From Felis catus (taxonomy: Eukaryota): a stretch of DNA of 64,000 bases. Location: contig NC_058368.1 in assembly GCF_018350175.1 (NCBI RefSeq), forward strand, positions 52,764,001 to 52,828,000. Reading direction: 5' to 3'. Shown one piece after another: positions 13,211 through 25,768 of the stretch. The notes beneath the pieces were generated by a model, which was not told where the DNA came from, made no database searches, and saw nothing but the letters and a program-made list of their open reading frames with translations. The stretch's first letter is position 1. The number at the start of each line of letters is the position of its first letter. A program made the translations under genes and the position numbers.

Positions 13211-13679
13211 AAGGAACCAGACTTGAGATCTTTTATTACAATTTATTTTTGCCTGTTAAAAAATGCTAAAAAAGAAGTTCTTTCAAGATCTATGTAGTAA
13301 GGCATATTAGTGAGCATTCGTGCTCATACATTGTCTCAGCCCAGGGAAATGAAAGAGACTTAAGCTGTGAAAGGAGAATGCAGATTAGTAATTACCACCA
13401 TTTATCCTGCTTCTGCAGGGTGCAGGCGAGGGACATAGAAGGATCCATGAAGAATGTAAGACAAAGTCCTTATCATCGTGGTACTTATAATCCAGCTGAG
13501 TAGACCAAATCCACATGTGGGTTCACGGCATGTGTTGTGTACCACAAGAGGAAACCTGCTCTCACTTGGCATTTTGTGTTTGCCATCTCCTTGGTGCAGC
13601 TCTAGCTCCACGATTGTATTGAATATCTATAATCAGGGAATTTTAAATAACCAGAAAATATACAGAAAATAAATTGTCT

Positions 13680-15250
13680 GTTTCCAGACAATGTAGAGTA
13701 CCAAGGATTAGATATATTCCCCCCACCTGAAACTAAATATACCAGGAAAAGTATTCGAAACAACAAAGGACAAGGATCCCTAAGAGATGGGAAACAGATG
13801 AGGTCAGGTCTATGACTGCTCCAACTAACTGCGTAGAGAGAGTGTCTGGACTACAGCTCAAAAAAGAGGAACCCAGGCTATAACCCGCAGACTCCTTGAT
13901 TTGAGGAGACAGAGATGTGAATCTGGGAGGAGAGTTGAAGGTGGCTGAGGTTCACAGGACAGAGTATTTGAAAAAGAACCCCAAAGATCTGCAGAGGTCC
14001 TCCTTGAGTATTTAGCTGAGTACTGAAACTACCCATAATTGGGGAAAGGACCATCTGAAAGGATTACAGGGGAAAATGCCTCACACACCCACAGGGAGAG
14101 GCATAAGGTTGTTCCCAACAACCAGACTGGTGAGCATTATAATTGAAGGGGTATCAGTGGATTACTCAGAAGGGCTTTATCTCAGTAGTGGGGAAGAATG
14201 ATCCCTACACTAAACAGAGTTCTGATCTCAATTAACAAAGCAAGACGTGAAAAGATCAGACTGTTTCTGTGTGACTTAACTTCAACCCAGAATAAAGCTA
14301 AGAAATATTTAATATTTACAGAAATACAAAATATCCGGCACTGAAAAAGAGAGAATCCACAATCTCTGGCATTCAATCAAAGATCACCAAGCAGGCAAAG
14401 AAGCAGGAAAATACAATCATGAATGAGGAGAAAAATAAATCAAAATCAACCCAGAACTCACATAAATGTTACAATAATAGATAGAAAAGGACATTAAAAT
14501 AAACTTTTATGGCTTTATTTCATATGTTTAAAAAGTCAAGTTAATTGGCCATATCAATTGGTGGTATGGATGTGAAAACATAGAAGCATAGAAGCTTTTT
14601 ATACACTGCTGGTAAGAATGTAAAATGGTATGACCATTTTGAAAGAGGTTGGCGGTTTCTTAAAAAATTAAACACACACTTCTCACATAGTTTAGCTATT
14701 CACCTCCCCTATTAAAAGAAAGCATATGTCTATATAAGACTTGTATACAAATATGCTATATTCATAGCAACATTACCTGTGATAGCAAAAACCTCAAAAC
14801 CATCCAAATGTCTATCAATAGATGAAAGGATAAACAAGTTGTGGTATGTCCATATAATGGGCTACTACTCAGCAAAGAATAGAAATAAACTATATACACA
14901 ACAGAATGTATGAATCTCAAAATAGTTATGCTGAATGAAAGAAGTGAAAATAAACAAAAAAAAGGAGAATCCCTTCTGGATGATTCTATACAATACATCA
15001 GACTGTATGGTTTCATTTATTTAAAACTTTAAAAATTACAAACTAATCTATAATGACAGAAATCACATCAGTGGTTGCGTAGGGGCAGGGATGGGATTAT
15101 AATAGGGAATGAGGAAGCTTCTAGAGGTAACTAACCTGACTGTTGTTATGGTTTCACGGTTGTATACATATATCAAAACATGAAATTGCAAATTTTAACC
15201 ATGTATATTTTATTATATGTCATTTGTGCCTCAATAAGGCCATTAAAAAA
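13680..15250 (+). mobile_element. Old L1M(D/C)-type element: 5' UTR/ORF1-start segment joined to ORF2-end/3' UTR
   Basis: 13680-14540 resembles L1MD-type 5' end; 14560-15250 is L1 3' end (cactgctggtaagaatgtaaaatggt...tgcctcaataaggccattaaaaaaa). Confidence 0.7.
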
Positions 15251-15899
15251 ACTCTAAAACAAAAGTAGTAAGGCTAAAATTAATAAGACTAAAAAATAGC
15301 AAGAAAGAAATCAGTATTGTTGGTTGTTTAGCACTTTATAAGCTCATTTGTATTTTTCCACTTGAGAATCTTGTCCTCCTCTTTGAATTCCTTTTTGTTA
15401 TGTTTTCCATTTATAAGAGTACCTTAATGACTTCCAGTGTGCCTTTATATGACATCATGACACTTGCCTCTTTAATTTTCAGCTTTCAGGATTTTCGTTG
15501 ATGCTAGTCATTCCCCTTCTCATTTCTAGGGATTATGTAGGCCTAGCCTAGGACTTTTTTTTTTTTAAACATACTTGTGCATTGCCAAAAAAGAAAAAAA
15601 AAAAAGAACCCACCAGTGAAATATTTATATTATAAGCTTCCAGATTTTGAGGCACTTTCTGATGTTTTGGGCGTATGTATTATATTGTGAATATTCAATA
15701 TATACTCATTATTAAAGTCATTGATCATATTAATTAGCAGATGGAGGTCAAGAACTCTAAATACATTCCCTTAGGACAAGAAAAGACCAATGGGGAAGCG
15801 TGTAGAAATATAGATTGGTTTAAGAAAGCCTTCAAGCTATGCGGGAAAATAAATATAACAAGTTTTTTTAAATTATTAAGCCAATAAAAATAATATAAA

Positions 15900-16078
15900 G
15901 CAATGGTTCTCAAACCTGGCTGCACAGTAAAATAGCATGGGAAATTTTTTAAGAGCACCCATGGCTGAGCTCCAATTTATACCAATAAACTCAGAATCTT
16001 TGGGAGTAGGGTCTGTGCTGGTAATTTTATAAATCTCGCCCAGATCATTCTTGTGCTGCCAGGGTTTCAAGAACCTTG
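15900..16078. mobile_element. MER5A hAT MITE
   Basis: caatggttctcaaacctggctgcac...cagggtttcaagaacc termini and MER5A core; second MER5-like piece at about 16170-16310. Confidence 0.8.
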
Positions 16079-16327
16079 AGTATAGTCATTTGGAATAGGG
16101 GCATTAGACTAGAAAGACTGCCCTTTGCCATTTTCAACCTGAATGACTGTGGATAAGGAATTACAAGAGTGGTGTCAATTTTGCACATTGGAGTCACTTG
16201 TGGAGTTTTACAAACTAGTGATGGCTAGGTCCCTCCCCCAGAGAATCTGCTTTCAGTGGTCTGAGGTATAGGCTGGGCATATAATGTGCAGCCCAAATGA
16301 TGAACCTCTGTTCTTAAAGATAAGCCA

Positions 16328-16508
16328 GGGCACCTGGCTCAGGCGGTTGAGCTTCCAACTCTTGATTTCAGTTCAGGGTCATGGGATCAAGCCCTGTCTC
16401 AGACTCTGCATAGAGTGTGGAATCTGCTTAAGATTCTTTCTCTCCCATTGTCTCTCTCCCCAACTTGTGTGGGTGCGTGCTCTCTCTCTTCCTCTCTCTC
16501 TCAAAAAT
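16328..16508 (+). mobile_element. Older CAN-SINE (host of nested SINE)
   Basis: gggcacctggctcagg head; outer TSD ttaaagataagc at about 16314 and about 16742. Confidence 0.9.
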
Positions 16509-16520
16509 AAAAACATCTTA

Positions 16521-16732
16521 GGGGCGCCTGGGTGGCTCAGTCGGTTGAGCATCCGACTTCGGCTCAGGTCATGATCTCGCGGTCCGTGAGTTCGAGCCCC
16601 GCATCAGGCTCTGTGCTGACAGCTCAGAGCCTGGAGCCTGTTTCAGATTCTGTGTCTCCCCTCTGTCTGACCCTCCCCCATTCATACTCTGTCTCTCTCT
16701 GTCTCAAAGATAAATGTTTAAAAAAATAAAAA
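16521..16732 (+). mobile_element. CAN-SINE inserted in the A-tail of the previous SINE
   Basis: ggggcgcctgggtggctcag head; TSD aaaaacat(c/t)tta. Confidence 0.95.
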
Positions 16733-18478
16733 AAAAACATTTTAAAGATAAGCTTCCCCATCTGTGATGTGGGGATAGCTTTGGTGTGTGTATGCAATGC
16801 TTTAATGAAATGTATGTAAAGCACTTAGTATTGTTGTTTGGTTTATAGTAAGCAGTTGATGAAAGGTAATCACTGTTTCTGTGTTTTCTGAAATATCGCA
16901 ACTCTGGAAAAGTGAGACCCATCCAAGTGAATGCCACATCTCTGACGGTTTTGCCAAATTCTGGAAAAGTAGAATTTATATTAAACAAACAAACAAACAA
17001 ACCCTCCAAACCCATGAAGACTGTATGAAGGGATGTTATTTTATATAGGATAGGGCTGAAACATAATGAGGCTTTGCCAGAATGGAAGAAATTTGTCTTA
17101 TGAGGAAAGTAGTGGCTCAAAATGGTAAGAATACAAGGGTTGGGGAAGATGGCGCACTTGTACCCATGCTCAGCTTCACTCGGGAGCTGGTTGAAATGGG
17201 CTAGTTGATGAAAAACCCTGATTTTTTTTTTTAAAGTAAGGCTTCCTGTTGGTCAGTGTTTTTATTTTGGCTGTTGAGGATGATGTTTTCCTATTGTGAG
17301 AATAAAGACCTAAAAGACAAACAGTGCCTCATAAATGCCCAAACTTGAGCACATAAATAACAGCTATTGCCAAGACTCCCTGGGACTTACTCGAGTTGGC
17401 TGTGCTACGGCACTGTAGCATAAATAGCCATGTGCCATTAGTCATGGGCTATTGCTGCCATCATCATTCATGTACCTAGACCTTCACTACCACCATGTCA
17501 GTGCCTTTCTCTCAGTGTCCTCATGCCTCAGCCTCTCCGATGGCCAAGGTGTTATCTTCTCAAGGTGTTACTACCATATTGCAACTCTGCTAACATTCTA
17601 CGTTACCTTCCAGTCCCATCAAATACATTTTCCATATTGGAGTATAAAATTAGCTTCCAACTCGTGCATTATTTAGTTGCCCTGCTTCCCGGGACAGGTG
17701 AATGCAGCTCACACACCTACTTGCTATCCCATGTGTGAGCTTCTCCTCTCATACCCGTGAAGGCCCTTTGTCTCTCTCTTGAGCCTCCACTCTGTTCAGT
17801 CATGGTGTCGGGCATAGTGTCATCATCCCCGTGTGACTAATGAGAAACTTGAGGATCAGAAATACTAAATAGTTTGACTGAGGGCACACAGCCAGTAAGT
17901 GGTCCCACTACGGTTTGCATCTGGATTTGATCCCAAAGCCCGTGGTTTTCCACTGTTGGTATATCACACGCTGGGACTTCATTTTTTTCAAATGCCATGA
18001 AGAATTTATTCCATGCTTCCCTGATAAATATCCCTGATTCTGGTCACCATAACAGGTACAGTTGAGATACCCTCCTTTATTCTAGCTTTCCATTTCCCCA
18101 AACACATTAATTAGAACTTGTGCAAATCTCTTTATTTTTCAGGGGGCTTGAGGGTAATTTCTGAGTTACTTTCATTCTTAAGTTTCATTTAAGTTTCATT
18201 TATTAGACTCTGTCTCAAGGAGAGGGATTGCTCTGTTACCCTTCTTAGAGCTAGGTAAAGATTTTGAAGCAAAAGTATGTCAGCTACCTTCAGAGCAACG
18301 TGTTGTCAGTAAATATCATGCTACTTTCAGAATCCAGTCAAATCAGTGTATGTATTCTGTTTTCTATGAATGGATAGTGTTTGAGTCATGGATGGTCTCT
18401 GACTTCAAGGGGTTTATAATCTGGTAGTAACAAAAACATGTTGAAAATGACAGCAATGATAACTTCCCTTACATTAAT

Positions 18479-18541
18479 TTTTTTTTTGGCAGTGGGGGTG
18501 GGGGACAGTGCAGAGAGAGAAGGGAGAGTGTGATTGGTAGA

Positions 18542-18593
<52 letters not shown>

Positions 18594-18718
18594 CTTAAGC
18601 AGCAGGCTCCATGCCCAGTGTGAAGCCTGACGCGGGGCTCAATCTCATGACCCTGGGATCATGACCTGAGCCGAAATCAAGAGTCAGACACAATCAACCA
18701 AGCCACCCAGGTGCCCCC
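18479..18718 (-). mobile_element. CAN-SINE with expanded (AG)n
   Basis: Ends agccacccaggtgccccc; TSD tta(c/a)attaatt. Confidence 0.93.
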
Positions 18719-19180
18719 TTAAATTAATTCTTTATTAATTGAATTGTTAAAACTATTTAGGGTGTGTAATTTACCCAAACATACACAAAACGGGCAGATG
18801 CCTTATTTTCCATTTCTCCTGCGTGAAAGCCAAACCACGAAGTCGATCTGTGACTTGCTTCCAGTCTTCGCAGGAGAGGCTGACTCACTGCTCTCTGGCC
18901 AGCTGTGCAGCAAGGCAGATGCCTGTATCCTTTGTCATGCCCCTTTCAGGTGAGATCCAGGAGCAAATCATGAAATTTTTATTTCAGGGAATTTTTATTG
19001 AGGATTGATGGACTTCTTGGGAATTTTCCCAAGTTTGAAAATTAGGAGAAAAGGGCACATAAATTAGGTAAAATTTTACTTATTTATTTACTTATATTTT
19101 CTCAGCTTTTATTTTTAAGTAATCTCTACACCCAACGTGGGACTCGAACTCACAACCCTGAGATCGAGTCACATGTTTCT

Positions 19181-19393
19181 TTGTTTTTTAATTTTTTTAA
19201 ATGTTTATTTATTTTTGAGAGAGAGAGAGTGAGCAGGGGAGGGGCAGAGAGAAGGGAGACACAGACTCCGAAGCAGGCTCCAGGCTCTGAGCCGTCAGCA
19301 CAGAGCACGACACGGGTCTTGAACTCACAAACTGCGAGATCATGACCGAAGCCGAAGGCAGATGCTCAATCGACTGAGCCACCCAGGTGCCCC
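19181..19393 (-). mobile_element. CAN-SINE (second insertion)
   Basis: Full SINE; TSD gagtcacatgtttct / gagccacatgttct. Confidence 0.93.
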
Positions 19394-19410
19394 AAGAGCC
19401 ACATGTTCTA

Positions 19411-19639
19411 TTTTTTTTTTTTTTAATTTTTTTTCAACGTTTTTATTTATTTTTGGGACAGAGAGAGACAGAGCATGAACAGGGGAGGGGCAGAGAGAGA
19501 GGGAGACACAGAATCGGAAACAGGCTCCAGGCTCCGAGCCATCAGCCCAGAGCCTGACGCGGGGCTCGAACTCCCGGACCGCGAGATCGTGACCTGGCTG
19601 AAGTCGGACGCTTAACCGACTGCGCCACCCAGGCGCCCC
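19411..19639 (-). mobile_element. Young SINEC_Fc (third insertion)
   Basis: Near-consensus with CpGs intact; TSD gagccacatgttcta at 19396-19410 and 19640-19654. Confidence 0.96.
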
Positions 19640-19819
19640 GAGCCACATGTTCTATTGACTGAGCTATCCAGGTGCCCCAAATAAGGTAAAATTTTAAAGG
19701 AACTATAATACCCTGCACTTACAGTTAGGTGGCTGGGCGTTCTTTGTTATGACACCGCAGACCAGCTGTACCATACGGACAGCTGTTCCAGGTCAGTTGC
19801 ATAATAAGGCATCATGGGG

Positions 19820-20216
19820 CAGCTCAACAAGTATTTACTGAGGGCCTGTGATGTGCTAGGTACATCTAGGTACTGCTAGGGACAGTGGTGAACAAGCCAG
19901 GCAAGATCTCTGATCTCATGGAGCTTGTATTCTAGTTGAGGGAACCAAGGAGAAGATGGCAATAACCAAGTAAACCATTAAGTGAAGATGTGCTATAAAG
20001 AAAATAAAATAGAACGATGTGATAAAGGATGAGAGGGGGATGAATGCAGACGGGGGTCAGGGAAGTTCTCACTTAGAGATGACTTTTGAGCTAGAATCTG
20101 AGGGGAGAAAGGAACCAGCCATGTGAAGATTTCTAGGAAGACTCTTCTAGGTATTCAGAACAGTGCAAAGGCAGGAACAAACTTAGTGTGTACAGAACAA
20201 AAGACCAGTGTGGCTG

Positions 20217-20267
<51 letters not shown>

Positions 20268-20870
20268 TAGAATAAAAGGGAAAGGGCCCATTCATGGAGG
20301 CACTCTGAGAATTTTGGCTCCCACTACAAGGGAGATAAAAAATAGAGTTTCGAGTAGAGGAGTGTTTTGTTTTGAAAGTAGTTGTGTCTTAGGACAATCA
20401 CTGTTTCCTCTGTCGAGAATAGACTGTGGAGAGGGAAGAGTAGCAACAAGGAGAACATTTGGGAAACTTCTGAATAACCCAAGAGAGGGAAATGGATGTG
20501 TCGATGTGTAACTATGGTAGGCAGTGGTCAGAATCTGGACATGTTCAAATGATAATTTGATGTGGGAGAAAGGGAGAAGTCAAAAAGAGTTCCAGGGCTT
20601 CTGGTGTGAACAATGAGAAGTTCGGGATTTGCCATAACTGAGACAAGGAAGGCTGTAAGTGGAACAATTTCTGAGGGGAAGATCAAGGGTTCAGTTTGGG
20701 GCATGTGAAAGATGAGGTGTGCCATTGCAGATGGTAAGTGAACTATTAGATATACAAACCTGCAGTCCGCGGGGAGGTTCGTCCTGGGGAGTACACATTT
20801 GAGCATTGATAGCGGATGGGTGGTGCTTAAAGCCATGGGGCTGAGTGAGATCTCTAAGGGGGTGTTAGAT
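19820..20870 (-). mobile_element. L2 LINE (about 1 kb) containing an (AG)n microsatellite at 20221-20263
   Basis: caacaagtatttactgagggcctgtgatgtgctagg...ctcatggagcttgtattctagt L2 3' end, continuing L2 body. Confidence 0.85.
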
Positions 20871-21459
20871 CCTGGGGAAGGGATGCAGGACAGATGAAGA
20901 GTGGGTCTTCATGGAGCTTGCTTTCCAGAATGTGTTGAAAAAGATTCTCGATGTTTCTGTCTTGTGAGTCCCTCCTTTCCTCCAGGTTGGTTTGGTTTGA
21001 TTTCACCCATTTTTTTTTTCTTAAACCAATCTCTGGCTTGTGCCATCAGCTGACAACATTCACAGATTTCTGAGACTGCATGAATATTTAACACCTGGAT
21101 AAAAAGTAATCTTAAGTGATTTGGAAAGATCACCTAAACTGAATAAGATATGTATACAACATCTAATGGAGCTGGAATGTCTCTTCTACTGTGCTGTTCA
21201 CGTAACATTTTGAATTAGCAGAACTTAGGAGTAAAGATGATTCTATCCTAATGTGTCTTCTTTGGCGCGGAAGTTAGTTTCTTGGTCCTTTCAGGTACAG
21301 AGTCCCTAAATCCAAGCTTTGTTTAGACTTGGAGGATGCTAGCCACATCCAAGAGGGATTTTTTAATTAACGGTTTGAATATTTCTATGGATTAAAAACT
21401 GTGCATTTGGGAAGCCAATGAAAACACGAGTTCTTTCTGTTTGAACTCTTAAATGACAG

Positions 21460-22434
21460 TGTAAGGACAAATACAAATTAAAATAAAAGGCTTAATTTTT
21501 CCTGCTGAAAAATGAAGGAAAAGATACCCCTTCCCTTTTTCTTTGTGCATTTATTTCAGAAAACTTGTAATTGTATGTACTATCTCCTCTCTTTCAAATC
21601 TTTTCTTTTTTTTACTTAAAAATTTTCTTTTAATGTTTATTTTTGAGAGAGAGAGAGAGAAAGAGAGAGAGAGGCAGACAGAGCGCGAGCAGGAGAAGGG
21701 CAGAGAGAGAAGTTGGGAGAGAGAGAATCCCAAGCAGGCTTGGCTGTCCTCGCAAAGCCTGATGTGGGGCGCGATCTCACCAACGGTGAGATCATGACCT
21801 GAACAAAAATCAAGAGTCAGATGCTTAACTGTCTGAGCCACCCCAGGCACCTGTCTCCTTTCTTTCAAATGTTTGTAAATCCTTTTGAAGATGCGATTCG
21901 CATTTTGTCTGCTTTATGACTTGGGAATGTCTTTCTCTAGGACCTGAGAACCATCCGTTTAAAATGTAAGCGTCAAGGGGGGTAGTGTCTCACTCTCCCA
22001 GTTTCCGAGGGATGGAAGGAGCTGGACTTCCAGCGGGTGTGCTGCTCCAACTTGAAAACCTACCTCCTGCCCCAGAAGTGTACAAGTTTGTTTTTTCTCT
22101 GGGAAAGCCGGTTAGCCAACACAGATGGTCACCCCAATTACTAAGTCAAGTGAGAACAGTTTGTTCTCAAACAAATGGCACTATCGAGTCCTCTGACTTG
22201 AGGACTAGTTATCGTGTATCGCGAGGACATGTGTGCGGTGGGTTGTATCTGCGTGACTCTGTGCAAGGGTGAGATTTCCTCTCTTTGCAATCTCTTAGCA
22301 GGTTGCTTGTGATGCACATCACATTCCGGTTAAATGCTTGTTTAATAACGAAAGTGGTTTTTTTCTCTACTCCCTTTGTGGAGAGGATTTCTGGGTTGGC
22401 AGAATATTTTGTCTTTAATTATGATTCCCCAACA
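21460..22434 (+). mobile_element. Solo ERV1 LTR, MER67-family (MER67C-like), interrupted by a SINE
   Basis: Begins tgtaaggacaaat...aaaggcttaatt, ends ...ttccccaaca (TG...CA); internal acacagatggtcaccccaatta and gagtcctctgacttgaggactagttat match my recall of MER67 consensus. Confidence 0.8.
21600..21853 (-). mobile_element. CAN-SINE inside the LTR
   Basis: TSD tctcct(c/t)tctttcaaat at 21583-21599 and 21854-21870. Confidence 0.94.
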
Positions 22435-22713
22435 TTAGTTTCTAGTGGGTGACCAAACTACCGACACTCTTTGGTTCTCTAAAATCTCCTTTCAAACATT
22501 CGTGGGTAGCTTATTTCTGTTGGATATTTTAAATGACCTTTTGGTCTTAAAAGTAGAGTTGATATTCCAAGATTAAACTCTTCCACTCTTAGAGATAATT
22601 CTAATCACTGTATTCTTGACATTATTAGTTTGGGAGTTTTTTAAAATGGTATGCCCACATTCTAAGGATAATCACTAAGAGATTTAGAGTCCCATTACAG
22701 TTCTGTTGGTGTT

Positions 22714-23095
22714 GGTATTAGTTTGTTAGGATGCTGTAACAAAGTAGTAGGTGGTCTAAATGACAGAAATTAATTTTCTTACAATTCTGGAGGCTAGAAG
22801 TCCAAGATCAAGGGGCTGTCAGGGTCACTTTCTTCTGAGGTCTCTCTCCTTGGCTTGCAGCTGGTGGTCTTCTCCTTGTGTCCTCACATGGCCTTCCCAC
22901 TGTGCCTGTCTGGGTCCTAATCTCCTCTTCTTGTAAGGATACCAAATTGGATTAGGGCCCACCCTAATGACCCGATTTTAATTCAGTTACTTCTTTAAAG
23001 ATTCTACCTCCAAATACAGTCCCTGGGGTTAGAAGTTCTAGACGTTAGAAGTTCAACATATAAATTTTTGGCAGACACAATTCAATCCATCACTA
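22714..23095 (-). mobile_element. MaLR solo LTR (MLT1B/C-like)
   Basis: tattagtttgttaggatgctgtaacaaag...tctggaggctagaagtccaagatcaagg...gacacaattcaatccatcac. Confidence 0.85.
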
Positions 23096-24619
23096 CACAT
23101 ATTCAAGCTGCTAATAAGTACGTGCAAGGGTAGTTTGATCAAAGTTCAGGAGAGACTAGAATGTGACTGGTATTGAAAATAACTTCCATGGGATTACCAT
23201 TCAACACTCCGCTTATCTTCTGTCACCAGAACCAATATCTCCAAACTTATACCGTGTATATCTGTATTTTCCCCCTAAAAAACCAAGATTGTTTTTGAAT
23301 AACCATTAGTTCTTTCAAAGGAGGGACAAAGTGTTTTATGGGAAATGTACCCCCCTTCTTTGTAGCTTCAAGTTGGCATAGTATATTACCTCTTCAAATG
23401 GCAGAATAAAATGTCTTTATTGCCAGCTCCACCCTAAAATACATGCATGTACAGTTAGCCCCCAAATGGCACTTACAGCCACTAATTAAAACTCAATTCC
23501 CTCAGTGATCACTATTGTATGTATGAGGGAAGAGAGAACACATTTTCTGACCTTCTCATATATTTGCGTTCATTAGGAAATTGGTGCTTCCCCCAAGTAC
23601 ATTCTGGTGACCCACAAATTGACTTGCCACCCAGCCTGACCCTTAAAGGAAAGAGGAGAAGGATGAAGACGTGCAAAAAGGTGGGCATATTTTCTCTTCA
23701 GACATTCTATTTGTCTCCTTCTATTAGATTTATTTTTGGCACATAGAAGAGCACATCCATATGGGGAACCTTTTAAAATTGCTTGTGAAGAGTAGGCATA
23801 TTTCCAAGAGGAAATGTAACCTTGCCTTCATCTGGTGTATCAGATCAATGCGCTGTAAAAGATCATGTTCAGTTACCTCATTTTTTTGAATTAGAATTAA
23901 TGGCTCATTAGTCTTGATCATATCAATATTATAACACCACTTACATTTGATAGAGAAGGGAAGGAGGCTGATGGAGTGCACTTATTCCCTCTTACTCTTA
24001 GTGAATACAGCGTGTGCCAACCTCAGGGAAAACCAGCAAGATCCTGGAGGTGGCCCTGTTCAAACAGGCCCCATTTAGGGCAATTGCGGACTCTTTTGTA
24101 AGAGGCTGTTGGAAGAAGAGTTAAAAGGTTCTAAAGGTTTTGGTCCCTTTGGACATATATTAGCGTTTCCCCTCACTTTAGGCAGCAGGCCAGAGTGGGG
24201 GAACCAGACACCCTCAGCATTTCTTTGGCCACATGTTGGACCATATGTTGGAAACTGGAGCAGCAGACATTAAGAATCTTCTCTTGAACATCTCCGTGAG
24301 GAATTCCGTCTACAAAGGAGCACATATTTCTGCAGGGCTCCAAGAAACGGGCAGGCTGAGCTTTTGAAATAAAAATAAGAAATATTGCAAGGCAGAAGAT
24401 GATCTCGTTGAGGATATATGCCTTTCCCAATCACTTAATTATGCCAAAAGAAACAGGAACCAAATGGACTCTAAAATCAAGGCAAAGAAAAATAAAGCAA
24501 AACAAAATAAAAACTGCCTTCGTGGAAGGAAACGCCAGACCAGGAGTAAGGACTCTGGCTGTATTATTAACTTTGTCACTAGCTAACTGGGTGGCTGTGA
24601 ATAGTGGGTGTTTTATTTT

Positions 24620-25065
24620 GTTTCATTTTGATTTTTCCCCCGCACGGCACCTATTTTCTTTGGGAATCGTCCCCCATCCCCACCCCACACCTGGCTGGGC
24701 TGTACGCCTTTGGCACATGAGTTAATATCCTACCTCTCGGGCCACAGTGATTGGCTCAAGGATAAATACATGACCAAACCAGGGTAATTAGGGTCTTCCC
24801 TGGGATTTTGCTGGAACCATCAGGAAAGAAGCACTTACTCTCACTGTTACTATGAATTAAAAGGATAATATAAACCAATAGTCACAGAAAGGTCATCCAG
24901 AGAAAAGCCGATCTGAGAAATGCCCAGATTGCAGCAGAGCCAGGTGACACATATTTCAGACCTTTAATCTCGCGAGGCCTGGAGTTAGTCACTCTTAGAA
25001 TTCCTTTGTATGCTAGGAAATACATCCCCCTAGCTTTGGTTGGGACTTGGCTCCTTGGAACCTGG
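24620..25065. mobile_element. Old MLT1-type LTR fragment flanked by MIR pieces
   Basis: gccacagtgattggctcaagga...catgaccaaacc...tcttccctgggattttg MLT1-like motifs. Confidence 0.55.
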
Positions 25066-25086
25066 TTATTACACTTTGTATATTTA

Positions 25087-25315
25087 TTTATTTTTTTTTT
25101 TAATTTTTTTTTCAACGTTTATTTATTTTGGGGACAGAGAGAGACAGAGCATGAACGGGGGAGGGGCAGAGAGAGAGGGAGACACAGCATCGGAAACAGG
25201 CTCCAGGCTCCGAGCCATCAGCCCAGAGCCCGACGCGGGGCTCGAACTCACAGACCGCGAGATCGTGACCTGGCCGAAGTCGGACGCCCAACCGACTGCG
25301 CCACCCAGGCGCCCC
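25087..25315 (-). mobile_element. Young SINEC_Fc
   Basis: Near-consensus; perfect 17-bp TSD tacactttgtatattta (25070-25086, 25316-25332). Confidence 0.97.
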
Positions 25316-25536
25316 TACACTTTGTATATTTAGATTCACCTCTCTGAGTTTCCTTTTCCCATCTGTGGAGGAACACAGTCAATATAGTGGATTCCTACGT
25401 TTCATTCTATCTGTGAGCTTTATATGACTCTAATTAAAGCTCTTACCAATAATTACCAATAATCTGTTGTGATATTTCTCCTCCTAGATGGTAAGTCTCT
25501 TAGAAATCTCCAAAATTTATCTCAAAAATTTCTTCT

Positions 25537-25663
25537 GGGGGTGCCTGGGTGGCTCAGTCAGTTAAGGGACTGACTTCGGCTCAGGTTATGATCTCACGGT
25601 TCATGGGTTTGCGCCCAGAGTCAGACTCTGTGCTCACAGCTCAAAGCCTGGAGCCTGCTTTGG

Positions 25664-25701
<38 letters not shown>

Positions 25702-25768
25702 CCTCCCCTGCTCATACTCTGTCTCTTTCTCTCTCAAAAATAAAATAAACATTAAAAAATTTAAAAAC
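25537..25768 (+). mobile_element. CAN-SINE
   Basis: gggggtgcctgggtggctcag head, (CT)n, A tail. Confidence 0.95.

Larger units (their letters stand above)
19079..19678 (-). mobile_element. Short tRNA-Lys(CTT)-like SINE split by two nested CAN-SINEs
   Basis: Rejoined reverse complement ggggcacctggatagctcagtcaatagaacatgtg(g/a)ctc-gatctcagggttgtgagttcgagtcccacgttgggtg resembles tRNA-Lys(CTT); TSD aaat(t/a)aggtaaaatttta at 19061-19078 and 19679-19696. Confidence 0.88.

Noticed and set aside
19079..19678. tRNA-Lys gene
   Set aside because: Has a SINE tail and TSD, is mutated and is split by insertions, so it is a retroposed element rather than a functional tRNA
24177..24360. Minus-strand 184-nt exon candidate (good acceptor, AAA|gtgagg donor)
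   Set aside because: Donor only moderate, peptide unrecognised, no supporting neighbouring exons
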